A stretch of DNA of 64,000 bases from Raillietiella orientalis. Lineage: Eukaryota. Below, piece after piece: positions 11,894 through 24,827 of this stretch. The first letter of the stretch is position 1. The number at the start of each line of letters is the position of its first letter. The notes beneath the pieces were generated by a model. That model made no database searches and was not told the DNA's origin. It saw only the letters and a list, made by a program, of their open reading frames with translations. The position numbers were made by a program, and so were the translations under genes. The stretch is from positions 1,736,001 to 1,800,000 of the forward strand of contig JAYWIR010000040.1 of assembly GCA_036172245.1 (NCBI GenBank). Direction: 5' to 3'.

Positions 11894-14800
11894 GTAAGAA
11901 ATTCGCTTATAAAGTCTCAGAATGTGCATGTACCACTGTGGAAACTGTGACCGGATGTCAACCATTGTGAAATGCAGAACCAACAAACTTTCCCTCCAAG
12001 CTGCGCAAACCTGTAAAGCCTTCCCGTTCCCATGGGTATACGAAAAAAAAGCTGGTTTTGCAAGCTTATGTCTCCTACACCTGCCCGCACTTCTCCCTTA
12101 TCGTGTCCCGCGGCGATTTTTTGTCCCGAGTATCTTGAGTTTGGCGTTCTTGCAGTAGTAGCATCCACGAGATTTCAAGCTTTCTACCTCATCCATGCTT
12201 CAGGCCCTTTGTAAGTGTTCCGAGTCGAACAAGCTCAAAGGGAAAACACACGTTTTGTTTTGCTTCGTTTGTTTGTTTTGAAGAAAAAAAAAACGTCAGA
12301 AATGCCAAACTGAAACACAGAGGTTTTTAAATGCCTTGGAAATTCGTTACTTACGTGAGTTTCCAAGATTCTTCTCGCACGCGGCAGTCAGCATGAGCAC
12401 GCACTTGTTAAATTTAACATTGCTCAACAGCTTAAAGTAACCTAGCAAGGTACACGGTGATGAGCTCCGCCATGCCAGAAGGTGGTCGTGCAGTGGATTC
12501 CAGGCGACCACATCTGGCGAGCGAGAAGGCAGCATCGCGTTTTCCAAGGATTCGACCGAAACGGCGTAGAAGAAGAAGAGTCCTCAGGAGTCTCAAGTCT
12601 CGCACATCTTCGCAGGTCGGAGAAGAATGTGTCATCGGCAGCGGGGAACCCCTCCTCGGTGCGGAGTCTGGACGAAAGACAACCTGAATCAGGCACACAT
12701 TTCCGAGAAACTTCAGGGTTTCCGCCAGGAGGCGGGTCTCCTTCCGGGTCGGAGTTCTTTCCTGCTGATGTTCTCATCCAAAGGAAGTTGCAAGGCCTGA
12801 AAACCTCCGAATGGTCGAACGCCGACGGGAAGAGCAGCCTACGTCAGTGAGGATGAGAAGCAGGAAGGAACGCCTTGCCGGTCCGGGTGTCCGGGAGCGA
12901 CGCGATGGGTGATCTGGCGCGCTGCATACTGACCCCGAGAATCGAAGGGAGAGAACGTGCACGCCCGCAGCGACCCCGTTCTGCCTCTCTTCGTCCCTCG
13001 CTTTCCCAGTCCTTCGACGCTGAAGAGAGCTCTGCGGCGGACAGAAGGAAGTCATCGACTGGCTCTTCGATCTGTTGACACTGAGGACATACCGAAATCC
13101 CTCTCATGGACGAGGCTGGAAGATCGTCGCGGGAATGTTTGCGCATCGTTGTTCATTTCGGTTGAACTTCTCATCTCGTTTCCTGGTCCGTGGCTGCTTC
13201 CGCAGTAGCCAATGAGATGCAGCTCCACTTTGCAGTTCGTCAAGAGGAGCCTGGGTCTTCGACAGGGCAAGAAGGATGATTTGTGGTCAGTGGAAAGGGA
13301 AAGGTCAGCGAAGGGCGGCTTTTTCTTAGATCACACCCCCGATCCAGAAGGCAAGCCGAACAGAAAACTTCATCAGAGGGGCCTCCACGAAGTGCCGCCC
13401 CCCATTCGAAATTATTCAGGCCGTGGAGGGTGAAGATCTCTGTCTGTCTCCTCCTCACCATGCCTGGGGGATCCGAAGGCATGGGAGGAAGTAGCAGGAA
13501 CGCGCGAGAAACCGCTGATGGTTGAGCGCCGTTCCGTTGCTCCTTGTACCCCGGAGGCGGGAATGGCGACCAAAAGACTCGAGCTGCCTCAAGCCCGCTC
13601 CCGAGCTCCGGTCCTATTCACAGCCGGAGGCAGGAGGAAAACACTTCGAGAGTAGCGAGGCGCAAGCGCAGGTGGCAGCCCCTCAGACCATGGTAGGGCG
13701 GCGCGTTCCCGGCAACGCCGCCAGCCTCGATAGCTGCAAAGCTTGGGGAGGTTCCGTCTCCAAGGGGACCCGGGCGATCCCAGAGGCGTGGGGTGACTGG
13801 CGGCAAAGCGGACTTTGGAGCGCGCAGGGACGGCGACGAAAAATGGACGTTCGTCGAGAGGTGACTGCTTTACCGGGAAGGGACGATCCCGCCTTCTCCA
13901 GGAACAACAGTCAGAGGAAGAGTTGGCAGGGTGACGGGTGGGGAGGAAGCAGGAAACGAGTTCTTTCTGGAGTCGATGACACCTGCGCTCTAAGGAAGAT
14001 CCTCAGGGCGGTCGCGAAGCGTGGGGCTACGAGGACCTGGTGGCGCTGCCAGTAGCCAGTCCGGTTTTTGAACCGCTTCAACTGAACGTATGGGGGGGGG
14101 AGGAAGAAAGTTTGGGAGGTAGCTGGAGGAACTTCCGAGGGACCGAACCGCGCTGCTCAGGTTCGGATGAGCGGGAGTGGCTCTTGGCTCGGGCATTGCC
14201 ATCTTCGGCCGCGTGGATTCTCTGCGTTTCCGCGTGAGCCTCTGGTCCTTCGGGGAAGAGAGGGTGGGGTGAGGTCCGCTGCCGTTGCGCGGCATCGAGA
14301 ACCAGCAGCGACCTCGGGACGGAGAGGACGGATGGCGCGTTCGAGGCAGCTGCTCCCCCTCAGTGAAAGCTCCGACCAGGCTGAGAGTCATCTCTGTAGG
14401 AGAGCGGAACTGCATGTTCCACTCGGGCAAGGAGGGAAAGGGGGGGGGACTGTCTGCGGTCTCCGGCGATTAACACGAGGACGTCGTAGGTATCTTTCAC
14501 AGCCACTCCCGTCCCCCTCTCCCCAGATCCGTTTCTGCCAGCGGCGCTGCCGTTCCTACCTGGAGCGCTCCTGAACTGGAGGTTCGACGTTCCTCCCTCC
14601 CGGCCTTCCTCCCTCCCTCTTCTGCAGCGCTCCGAAGTGGATGGGACCGGGCGTGCTCGAGAACCGCACTCAGATGAGACCTCCGAAGGGTGGCTCTCTG
14701 GAGTTCGGCAGGGCTGGACAGGGCCAGCCGCCGCGCCGGGAGGACGTGGCCTCCTCGATGGGCCGCCTGGGGACCAGAAAAGTGAACGGTCGACTCCTCT

Positions 14801-17800
14801 CGCGGACCCGGCGATCCTCTCCTTTCCAGCTTCCCGCTTCCTTTCAAAGTCCTCTTCTCCCAGGGACGTTTGCGGGCTGACTACGCTCTCCTCTTCCACC
14901 CGAGTTCCCTCTTCTTTCTTCCTTCGTTGCAACCCCCCCTCCTCCTTTCGTTTTTCATGCCCCTGTTGCGAGGGGAGCTGCCCGGGGCTGTAGCTGGTTC
15001 TTCTGTCGGTCAGGCGCTCTCAGAGAACAGGCTACTGCTCATCGCGGCCGCACGCCATCCTTCGGTTGGACCTTCGCCCGCGCTCGCACGTGGTGCACAC
15101 GCGGCGCTGCGAGCGTCGATTGGAGTTTTCCGGGTAGGAGGAGGAGGGAAGTGGACTCACGGGTGCCTTTCCCCAGTAGTAGCGGTCCAAGAGACTCAGC
15201 CTTCCCTGTTCGCCTGCACGAGAACAGTAGACCGCCCTTCCGCCCTCACGCGGGCATCTTCCTTGCGTCTTCTCCGAGCCTTCCAGGGAAGCCGCGCTGA
15301 AGCTGCTCAGCTTCCGGAAGGGGTCACCACTTCCACTGCGATCGGCTTTGCGGCGGTATTCCGGGACCATCCAGCCTCGTTTTCCCACTGTGCGCGTGTA
15401 GTCCTTCCCTTCAGCGCTCTCCGGCCCCCGGATCTGCCCCCTCCTCTCTGCTTACCCAGGGTGCCTCTGGTATCCGCAAGTTCCGTGGCACGGGGAGGAC
15501 GGAAGCGCCCCCAGTCCGCGTCGAGTCGAGTCCAGCGGTGGGCGGTAGGCTTTTTTCCGCCCTATTCCCGTCCCGTACGGCAGCCACCTCGCGCATGCAG
15601 GGGTTCTCTCCCAGGCGAGGCCCCACCCACCCTCGGAAGGCATCCAGCTGAGACAGACCATTTCCCAGTCGCGGGAGGAGGTCGGGGTGATCAGGAAGTG
15701 CTCCCAACATTGAGCTCATCATTCCGAGGAACGCAACCGCGATTCTCCAGACTCTCCCGGAGCGTGAAGGAAAACCGGAAGCTGCGACCGTTCCCATGGC
15801 AACTCCACCTTTGAGATCTTCGTGGGTCGAGGTTCGGGCGGGGCTGCGTCTCGCGAGGAACCGCTGGAGCTCACGACAGGGGGTCGGCACGCGGTTTCTC
15901 CCCACGCCCCGATAGAGACGTGGCTTCCCCCTTTCCCCCCAACCAGCCGGTATCCCACTCCAGGGAAGCCGAGCTTCTCTCCCTGCGGGGAATGGGGAGG
16001 CAGGATAGGAGGTCTCATCGGAGGTCTCCGACCTCTCAGTGCCTAAGTGGAGACTTTCCTGTCCCCAGGGGCGCCACCTTCTACCTCCCGAGCCGAATTT
16101 TCCCGAGGTGAGGCGTCCCGCGTCCCAAGGTACCCGGAGAGGCGGATGCGGAAGAGCCCGAGCGCTTCAGGTCCATGAAAGATTGACCACCCGAGGGAGG
16201 TGAAGCTTGACTTCGACGGGCAGGTGCCCTCTCCTCCCCACGGATGCACTCGGGAGAAGCGGAGAAGGAAAGGTCGCTCTCGAATGGAGCCACCGTCCTC
16301 GCTCAGGGTATCGTACCGACAACTGCAGGCAATCCCTCAGGCGGTTAAGTTGAGGTGACCTTCTCATTCTCCACTTCTCCCGAGTGTCACTCGTAGGGCA
16401 GGGAGGGCACCTGACCGTTGAAGTCACTCTTGACCTCCCTCGGGTGGTCAGTCTCATTGGGAGGCGCCGCGAGCCCACCGGAGGAGAACAGTGGGAGAGG
16501 AGGAGAAAGAGCAGAACTGTCCCACGAGCATCACTCCTTCCTTGGTCGCCCCAGCCCTGAGGTCATCTCTCCACCTGAGGCGCTCGGACTCTTCCGCAGC
16601 TGCCTCTCCGGGCACTGCGGGACACGGAGCGCCTCACCTCGGGAAAATTCGAGGAACCCCTTTGCAGTTCGGTCGTGCATCACCTGGTGGAGGAAGGGGT
16701 CCTGAGACCGGGCGCCTCGTTCAGCGCCATGCCTTGACGGAGTCAAACCTGACCGACCCTCTCCGCTCAATCACGCGTGCAGGTCGCTCATAGCAACCGG
16801 TCGGTACGAATTATCGCGGCGAGCGTGCGTCTTGGTCCGATCGCATGAGGTCAAGGTTTGGTCCACCTCCCGGATCACGTCGCCAAAGTTCTTCTCGACC
16901 GCCGCTCCGGAAAAAGCTGCCTCCGTGCTTCTTCCCTGTGACTCAAACAGGGCGTCGAATGGGGAGAGTGTGAAGAGGCGCTGCTTCCGCATGTCGGCAT
17001 GAGAGGAAAACGAGTCTCCAAGTGAGGCGGATGTCCGAGGAGGCACCGTCTCCGCGAAACGAACGCGGGCGCCTCTCTTCCAGCCCCGTCCCGACCCGCG
17101 GGATCGCGCGGCGGTCTCTCTGGAGACTTCCGCTTCCCGAGGACTCTGCGTCGCGAGCGGCGGAAGAGTTCCTTTCGGGAGGAGGGGAGGTTCCCAGCGT
17201 CGTCTTCCTGGCCCCGCGCGGGGCCGCGAGACCCGTGCGAACGTCCGCGACGCTCCATTGCGTGCCTCCGGAGCATTTCGGAAAGATCTCTCTGACCGTC
17301 CTGCGCGGAAAGGGTGCTCCCCCCACTCCGCAGCGTGGCGCTTGCCATCACCCGGAAGCGGCGCGCGCCGGGCCCCGAACGCCCTCACCTCCGGATTCCC
17401 CAAACGCGCACCGGGCATTTTACCGGAGGACGCGCCCTCACTCCTCGGCTTCCCGAGTCTTCTCCCAGCCTCGTCCTTCTCGCTAGCGGAGATCCGTGGA
17501 GCTGCCGAATGAGAGCAGTGATCATCCAACTGCCTCCGGAGCCCCCTGGGGAGGGGACCCTAAAAGAGCTTCATCGAGAGACCGTGCAGCGGCGTTGGAC
17601 TCCCACGCGAGAATCTCTCGCAGGCAGCACGCTGGGGTCCCTCCTTCCCGAGGTCGCCGGAAGGGGACTTGCGAAGGGGACCCTCACCTTCCGGTCTCCA
17701 AGGAAGGGAGGAGCACGTCTGAGTGCATGGCATGAGGCTCCAGAGGAGTTCAGCTGGCCGAACTGCAAATAGACGCATCCAAGAGGAAGCTCCTTGGGTC

Positions 17801-20800
17801 ATTGGGTCATACTTCCCGGAGAAGCTGGAGGAGGCCTTAGGCGTGGTCTGCTAGGGGAAGCAGCTGTAAGGGAGCTCGCCGGTAGGCCACGAGCAGCGGC
17901 GGTTCATCGCAGCGGAAAGCGATGGAACCGCTGATGACCGGAAAAGCAGCCTGCAAGGTCCAGATGATCCTTCAAAGCGAGAAGCCGAGCCCGCTGTTCC
18001 TTCTAAGGACCACCGCGCTCTGTGCCGCTGAGGCGTGTTTCTTTCACGGGACGGCAGCGGCTGCGCACGGAAGAGAGGAGCAGCTGCCGCCTCACAAGCC
18101 GGTCCTCTAGCCCGAACTTTCGAGTGGCCCAGTCCGGTCGCGCCCGCGCCAGTGGCCCACCATTTCTTCAGGGCGGCCGCATGGGTGCTGCTGCCACGAG
18201 TTTGAGTTCAGGTGCGACCTTGCAAGGGAACCCCCTGCGAGTGCACCGCACCGCTCCGTTCCCACCTGCAGGGGGATGGAAGGGGGGGGGGGAGTGCAAG
18301 AGTGGGTCTTCTGTGAGAGACAAGCTCCGGATTCACAGCCCTCCCCAGTGGTCGGCAGGAACCGAGAGAATCGTCCCTCTTGCGTCCGTGGATGGTGAGA
18401 ACCTTCATCTACAGGGAGAGCCTGCTTCGTGCTACTGGCAGCGTCCTGGTCACTTCGCTCATTACACATGACGAGGAATCCATGGGTTCTCTGGCACTCA
18501 ATGTGGATGGCTCTCCAAGAACAAGTGGGTGCCTGAGATGCCATTCCGCCGTCCAGAAGGCAATACACCCACGCACATCCTGATGAAGCCTCCTGAAGTT
18601 GCTTCGAGTCCTGGAAAGTAGTGCCGGATCGGCGATCCACTTGGGCTCGCAGGGACGGTTCTCCTCGTCACGGTCGGTCCACTAGGTGGGGGATCCTCCT
18701 CTCTCCCTGGTGGGGAACTGGGCTGCTGAAGGCAGGACTCCAACCGACTCCGAGGAGGCGACAGGAACGAACCGGGTTCATTCTGCACGTTGCTCGGGGA
18801 ACGGTCGCTGCGAGCCACTGCCGCTACTCGGGTCGCGAAGTTTTCGCGAAGCTTCGCGATTAATCAAACATGGCGCAGGCAGATTACGAAACTTCCGTTG
18901 TCTCATACACACGAAACACATCAGGATGTGTTTATTTATCAACTTCCGCCGTTTCCACCGAGGGATACACCACAAAGGCTCCTCTTGTCTGATTGGTGGA
19001 TTAGGGAGGAATCATTACACATCATTCACGTAGCAGCTGGAGTGAACGACTCCGGCTTCTCGCACACCCCCTAACATTCGTTTTCCTTTCGACTGTCTCG
19101 GAAGATGTCAGATGCTTCCTTCTGGATCACTTGCCAATTCCAATGCAGTCACGCAGAGGGATGCGACTGGAAAGTGAAGAAGCAGCTCTCCGTCCTCCAG
19201 CAAAAAGCGGATTTTCCACCTACGTCTTTGCCCCGTGGCTCAGGAAACCGAGAGTGCGCGCGCAGGTGCTCGGATTCTGCCTCGCCTCCTCGTAGCCGGC
19301 GAGTGCACACTCTTTCGGGCGGCGCGCCTGCGCGATGAGCCCGGACCCTTCCGCTGACATGGACAGCCGGAAGCGGGGATGGACGTCCCGGTGCAACAGA
19401 GCCTGTGATCCTTGCCGACGAGAGGGACGACTTCTTTCCGGGACGCAACCGTCAGCCTCGGCCAAGAGGAAGAGTCCCCCGCCCGCTGCATCGAACCGCC
19501 TGCTTCCGGTCCAGTGAAGGAACGACGCGCTGCCCAGCCTACTACGAAGCCAGAGGAAGGGAAGGGAAAGGGGGAGGGAGGAGGAGAGGGAAGGCACGAG
19601 TTCTCGACTTGAAGGGGACTCCGCGCGCCCTTTCGATTCCGGAGAGCGGAGCACGAGCGCGAGACGCGGCGGCGCTCGAGATGGGGCACTGTGAGAGCGT
19701 AGTTCCGCGAACCACCGAAAAGAAGCGCTCCGAACCGCGCCTGCTTCCTCGATGCCCTTCCCCCGCCCCCCTCCTTCAACCACTATCATCATGGGTGCAT
19801 GGGGAAGATGCTCGCGGTCCCTCCGAGGAGCGGCGACCGCCTTACGCCGCGTCCCGCCCGGATGCGGGCGCCTCTCTCGCTGTTGACAGATGCGCGCGCG
19901 CGCCGCCATTTTGACGTCCGGCAATCCCCTCTGTGGCCATCTTCCGGTCGGCATTATCAACTTCGGGAACTCCTTCCTGTTGAAAGACGTATCGAGGGAT
20001 TACTTCGGCTTTGTTATCCGTCGACGAATGGCCATGGTTACCGATTTTTCTTCCGTCTGAGGGGTGCGTGAGGAGCAGCGTCTTCCTCTTTAATTCTGCC
20101 CTGACAGCCTGACAGGTTCGGTCGCTCTCCCTGCATTCTCTCCTCCCCCTCCCCTCCTCCTCTCGATCGCCAGTCGCCTCTCGCTGCCGACACCCCTGCA
20201 ACTCTGGCCACCCTTGAGCCTCTTTCGTGGCTCCACCATCTCTCTCCACACGCACTCCAGTTGTAGCGGAGACACTGACCCGCACGCGAGACCTTGCTCC
20301 TGGAGCGATTCCTGCAAAGGGGCTGCTCCCCCCTCCGCGCCTCAAAGGCTGACTCTTCCGCCCAATTCCAGACGCTGAGCGCTGCTGCCCCTGGTTTAAC
20401 GGTTCCTCAGCCGGGAGCCGGGAGCTGGTTGCACAGAGCAACTCAACCCTTTTCGGGATGAGCAGACCGCCGGAAATGACCACTCTTGGAGCTCTCGCGC
20501 TTGATTTACCGTCTTTCGGGAGAGAGAAAAAATAGTAGATAGCGCCTGCTGTGAATGGGTTTCTGCGTGTGGAAGGAACAGGCGATGCGACATGGACCAT
20601 TACATTCTTTCGGTGCCTCCCAGTCATTTTTTTTTTGTTTTTTTTTTACGAGCGAGGCTGAGATGTAAGGCAGGACTAGCGGAGTCGCTTCCTGGTGTTC
20701 CCAACATCGCTCACGGCCCTGTGGAATTCCGAAACTCGCTTTGCAGGAATGGAGCCTCTTGATATTATTATTATTTTCTTCGGGACTTTTCACTGTGGTC

Positions 20801-23800
20801 AACAACATGAGCTCATGCGCACGTGACTTTTAGAATTTTTTTTCCCAAAGGGAAACCCGCGAAGATTGAAAATTGGTGAAACCACCTCCAGATGGCAGCG
20901 CGAGCGGAGGTGCTGCCGTCACCTGCCTTTCTTCGAAATGAACGTAGAATGTAGCAGAGTCCGGAAAAGCACAAGAGGGAAATCGCCTCACCCGTATTTG
21001 CCAGAGGGTTGCATGAACGCTCCCTGTCCCTCCCGTCCAAACCAACGCCAGGATCGCAAACATCCTTGGAGCGTTCCTGCGACCATCTGCCGGCACGTCA
21101 CGTGCCCCCCCCTCCCCCGCAGCCGCACGATTGGTCTCCTCACGTGATCCTCCTAATCGCAATAGGGAATTGGTGTGTGAGATGCCCTATTAGCTGAGGA
21201 GAATATGGTTGCGTAAGGATGGGGCGTGGAGGTTCGATTTCGATTGTGCGAGGCGGTTCTCCGCGTGCTCCCACGGCACACAGTACAGCTTTCTGCAGGA
21301 GCGTGCACACCCTTGCGCATGCTGGCAGTGCATGCTTGCGTCCGTCCTCCAAGGCAGCGCAGCAGCCGGAAGGAGCTGCTTCTCCGTGGCTCAGCTCTTC
21401 ACGAGCTGCCGTTCCAGCCACCTCAGGAAGCTCAGTCCCGCCGCTGTTCTCGCCCCACGGAGGGTCTGCCCTCGCGAACCGCTCGGAGAGTGCCAACGGG
21501 CATCCGTCTTCGTGTGCAGCGTCCTAAGAAGCCAGCACGGCTTACTCTGCAGTGGCCTGATCACATTAACTATCCGATCAGGCCATTGGGTTCGTGGTTC
21601 CCCGCCGTTGGATTCCTCCCCTGCCCGAGATGGATTGCCTCTATCTCAACGGACGGGGAGGCGCTTCATCCCTGGATCCATCGGATGAATTCCAGCCTCC
21701 AAGTTCGCGATTCTTCGCGAACTGCCGCCGACACCCACAGCTGCTTTTCCTGTTGCTCTCTGCCTGTTCTGGACTTCCGGAAGCCGCGGAACTCACTCAG
21801 CACCGCGATCCCATGCTGGCGCCTCCCCCACGCCCTCTGGTACGGGACAAGGTGGCTAAAGCAGAAGAAAGACCGTCGCGGAAGACCTTCTTCCTTGAAC
21901 CATGAACCCGGTGAAATGCCGCAGCTGACCCTCTTTGTTCGTGGAGGTGGGGATTTCGCCTCCGGGAAGGGCGTTTCCTTCCTCCTCCTCCCGGGGGTGC
22001 AGCGAACGAAATCCTCCCCGCTCCGGATAATCGCAGGAAAATGTTCCCGTTCTCCCTCCCCTTCGTCCCCTCCCTGCTGCCAGGTGCCATGTCTCGACCC
22101 AGGGCAGGGCAGGAGAGGAGGAAGGAAGAGGACAGAGAGGCCGTGCGACGTCCGAGGCGGGGATCCGCGAGCGGAACGGGGCCTTGCGCTCCCCTCCCGC
22201 CTTGGTGCCTCCAGATCTTTCCCATGACTGTCTTGAGCGAGGGAAGCGGCAAGACCCTCAGGGCGTCTCTGGGACTGATGAGAACAGACTTCTTCGCCAG
22301 CCGGGCTCGACCTCGGAGCGCTGCGCCCACCCACAGAAGCGAGGAATCCTGGCCAAAGCGAAGGAGAGAAGTCGGGTCAGGTTTGTGCGCCCGATTGCGG
22401 ATGGTCAAGGGCCGTGAAGGGGACCTCTGGGGAGCAATTCTCCCCGGCACAAGGCCACAGATGCCCCCTGCCCGGCCGTAGAAGTTGCCTCTGCCCAGAG
22501 GGAAAACCAGCACGGAGGCAGAGCCCGGCAATCGAGCGGTCAGAGGCCAGAGACCCTCGCCCCTCCCACCCCCTCTCCCGAGCGCCCAGGAGCTCGGAAA
22601 CGCCCCATCACGGATGCACGGACCAGTCTGAGGGGACAGAAGGTGGCCATCTTGGATGGACCTGACCCGACTGGATTTGATACCCCTTTCCTCCCCTCCT
22701 CCTTCTGCTTCAGCCCGTCGGCAAGCCCTCTGCCGCGTTGACGGGCCGTGGTTCCCAAGGGATTCGTGCAGTAACCGCACAAAAACTTCCCCTCCTCACT
22801 CACACCCGCCTGGTCCATTCTTCATCGGAGCAGACCGATGCGGGAGGAGGGGGAGTGGAGAGCAGCGCCGAGAAGGGCCAAGTAGCTGCTGGAGCATTCT
22901 CCTGATCCGGCTGCTCAGCAACGAAACGCGGGGAGAAGGTGGGACTAGGGCCCTCTTCCCGGGAGCGACCGGATGGGCCCTGCCCTTCGCTCGCCCCCAC
23001 CCCGATCGACACCGACGGCCTGCCGTTGGCCGCTCCGTCTCTCTTCGGGGTCGAGGTCGGCCATGACAGCTCCGTCCCCTCGCCGCGGAACTTTCCCCCT
23101 TCGCTGGGCGCGAACCGCGGAAACGTCCCCCCTCCCTCCTCCTTTTCTTCCCGGTCCCCTCGCAGCCCCCTCTTCCTCCCTTCACAACGCGGTCGATCGA
23201 TCCTTCCCGCTCGGGACGCCCGCGCTCGTCCGTCGTCTCCGGCGGCGGTGCGGGCGGGCGCGCGGGTTTCCTCTGGCGACAAGGTCCGTAGCCCGCGGTT
23301 GGCCAGGGAATGAGGGAGGAGATATCGTCCCTGGGCCGGAGACGATCCCTCAAGGATCCCCTCGCGGCGTCATCCCTTCCTCACCTCCCGTATCCGGCGC
23401 TCCCCGCAGAGCTTCCCCTTTCCTGCCGAAAGAGGGGAGAAGGAGCTCGAGCACCGACCGGACTGAGGAGGTCGGTTAGGAAAAGGGAAAGGGGGGGCAA
23501 GGGAGGATCAACGAGACGGATCAAAGAGTGAGCCAGGCGTTCTCGAAGGGAAGGCAGGAGCCACGAAACCGTTCCGAGACCGCATTTCCCTGTCCAATGA
23601 AAGGTAACGCCGTGGGCGCTTTCTCTGAGCTTCCGCCTCCTTCCGCCTCTCTTGTGGTTCCTGGCCAGCCCCTCACGCACAGTAGAATGGGGTGAGGCGG
23701 CGGCAGCGGAGTCCCATTAGTAGTCATCGCAGACCGCAGGAGGGATGCAGGGGAAAGAGGGGGGGGGGGCAGGGGGCATGCCCCGGCCTCGCTTGCTCGC

Positions 23801-24793
23801 GCGGTAACGGGGTTCGGGAACGCATCTCTTCCCCTCCGGCGAAACGGGGAACTCTTTCCGAGCAGAGTTGGAAGCAGCGGCCTTCCCTTATTCCCCCCAG
23901 GAACCCGTGCAGCAGCAGCAGCAGCAGTCCACGACTACCTCTGCCTCTCATTGGTCGGGACGCTCGGCCGCCGGAGAGCGTCGCATCAATCGGCATTCCT
24001 TTCCTCCCCCCTGAATGGAATCGACCGACACTTGCGTCTCCCCCCCTCTCCTCCACATCTTGCCTCCCGTGATCCTCCATCACGTTGCTGCCGGGACGAG
24101 ACGATGTGATGAAGTCGCCAGCGCCCCTGCGCCCCGCTCATTCGCACCGCTTCCCCCGTTTCCCGCTGCCTCCGAGGAAGGAGATAGGGAGGGGGAAGGA
24201 TGGACGGCGAAACGGATGGCTCGGGAGTGGATGCCTTCTCTCCGCTCCTTCGCGAGCTGCCGGAAAGCGTTTTGAGTCGCCAGAGAGCTGCGGCCCTCTT
24301 TCTAATCCTCTAGGACACATTTTTCAAGGACTTCCGCTTCCGCTGTGCTCCAGCGCCCGTAAATTTCCCAGCTCGTCTTCCTGCATCCCGAAATCCGCGT
24401 CTCTCCTGGACTTAATCGACTGCACCACCCCTTTCGAGAGCGTGCTCTGCAACAAAGAGGGAGGCCGTCCATTGTTACGTGCGCCTATTTTTAGCTTCCT
24501 TTCTTTTTTTCTTTTTTTCCTTTTCGTTTTTTTTTTTTTTTCCGTTTCTCCTTTTCTCTCCTTTTCATCTCGAAATTACTTGAAGACGGGAATTTTCCTT
24601 GCCATTTCATCTGCTAATCAGCATGACTTTGCATATGACCGTGCGCATCGAAAGAATGAATGGTCTTCCAGCATCCTCAGAACCTTCCGACTCCTCCACT
24701 TTGTGTGTCTCCCCGTGTCTGTGCGTGTGTTTCCTGTTCCCGTCTTTTGCTCTCTTTTCCTTAGAACAGTTTTCCAATGCGGTTAGAAGGAAC

Positions 24794-24827
<34 letters not shown>

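Noticed and set aside
18578..18620. Hammerhead ribozyme core CTGATGA (also near 22275)
   Set aside because: No correctly placed stem II plus GAAA and no closing stems.
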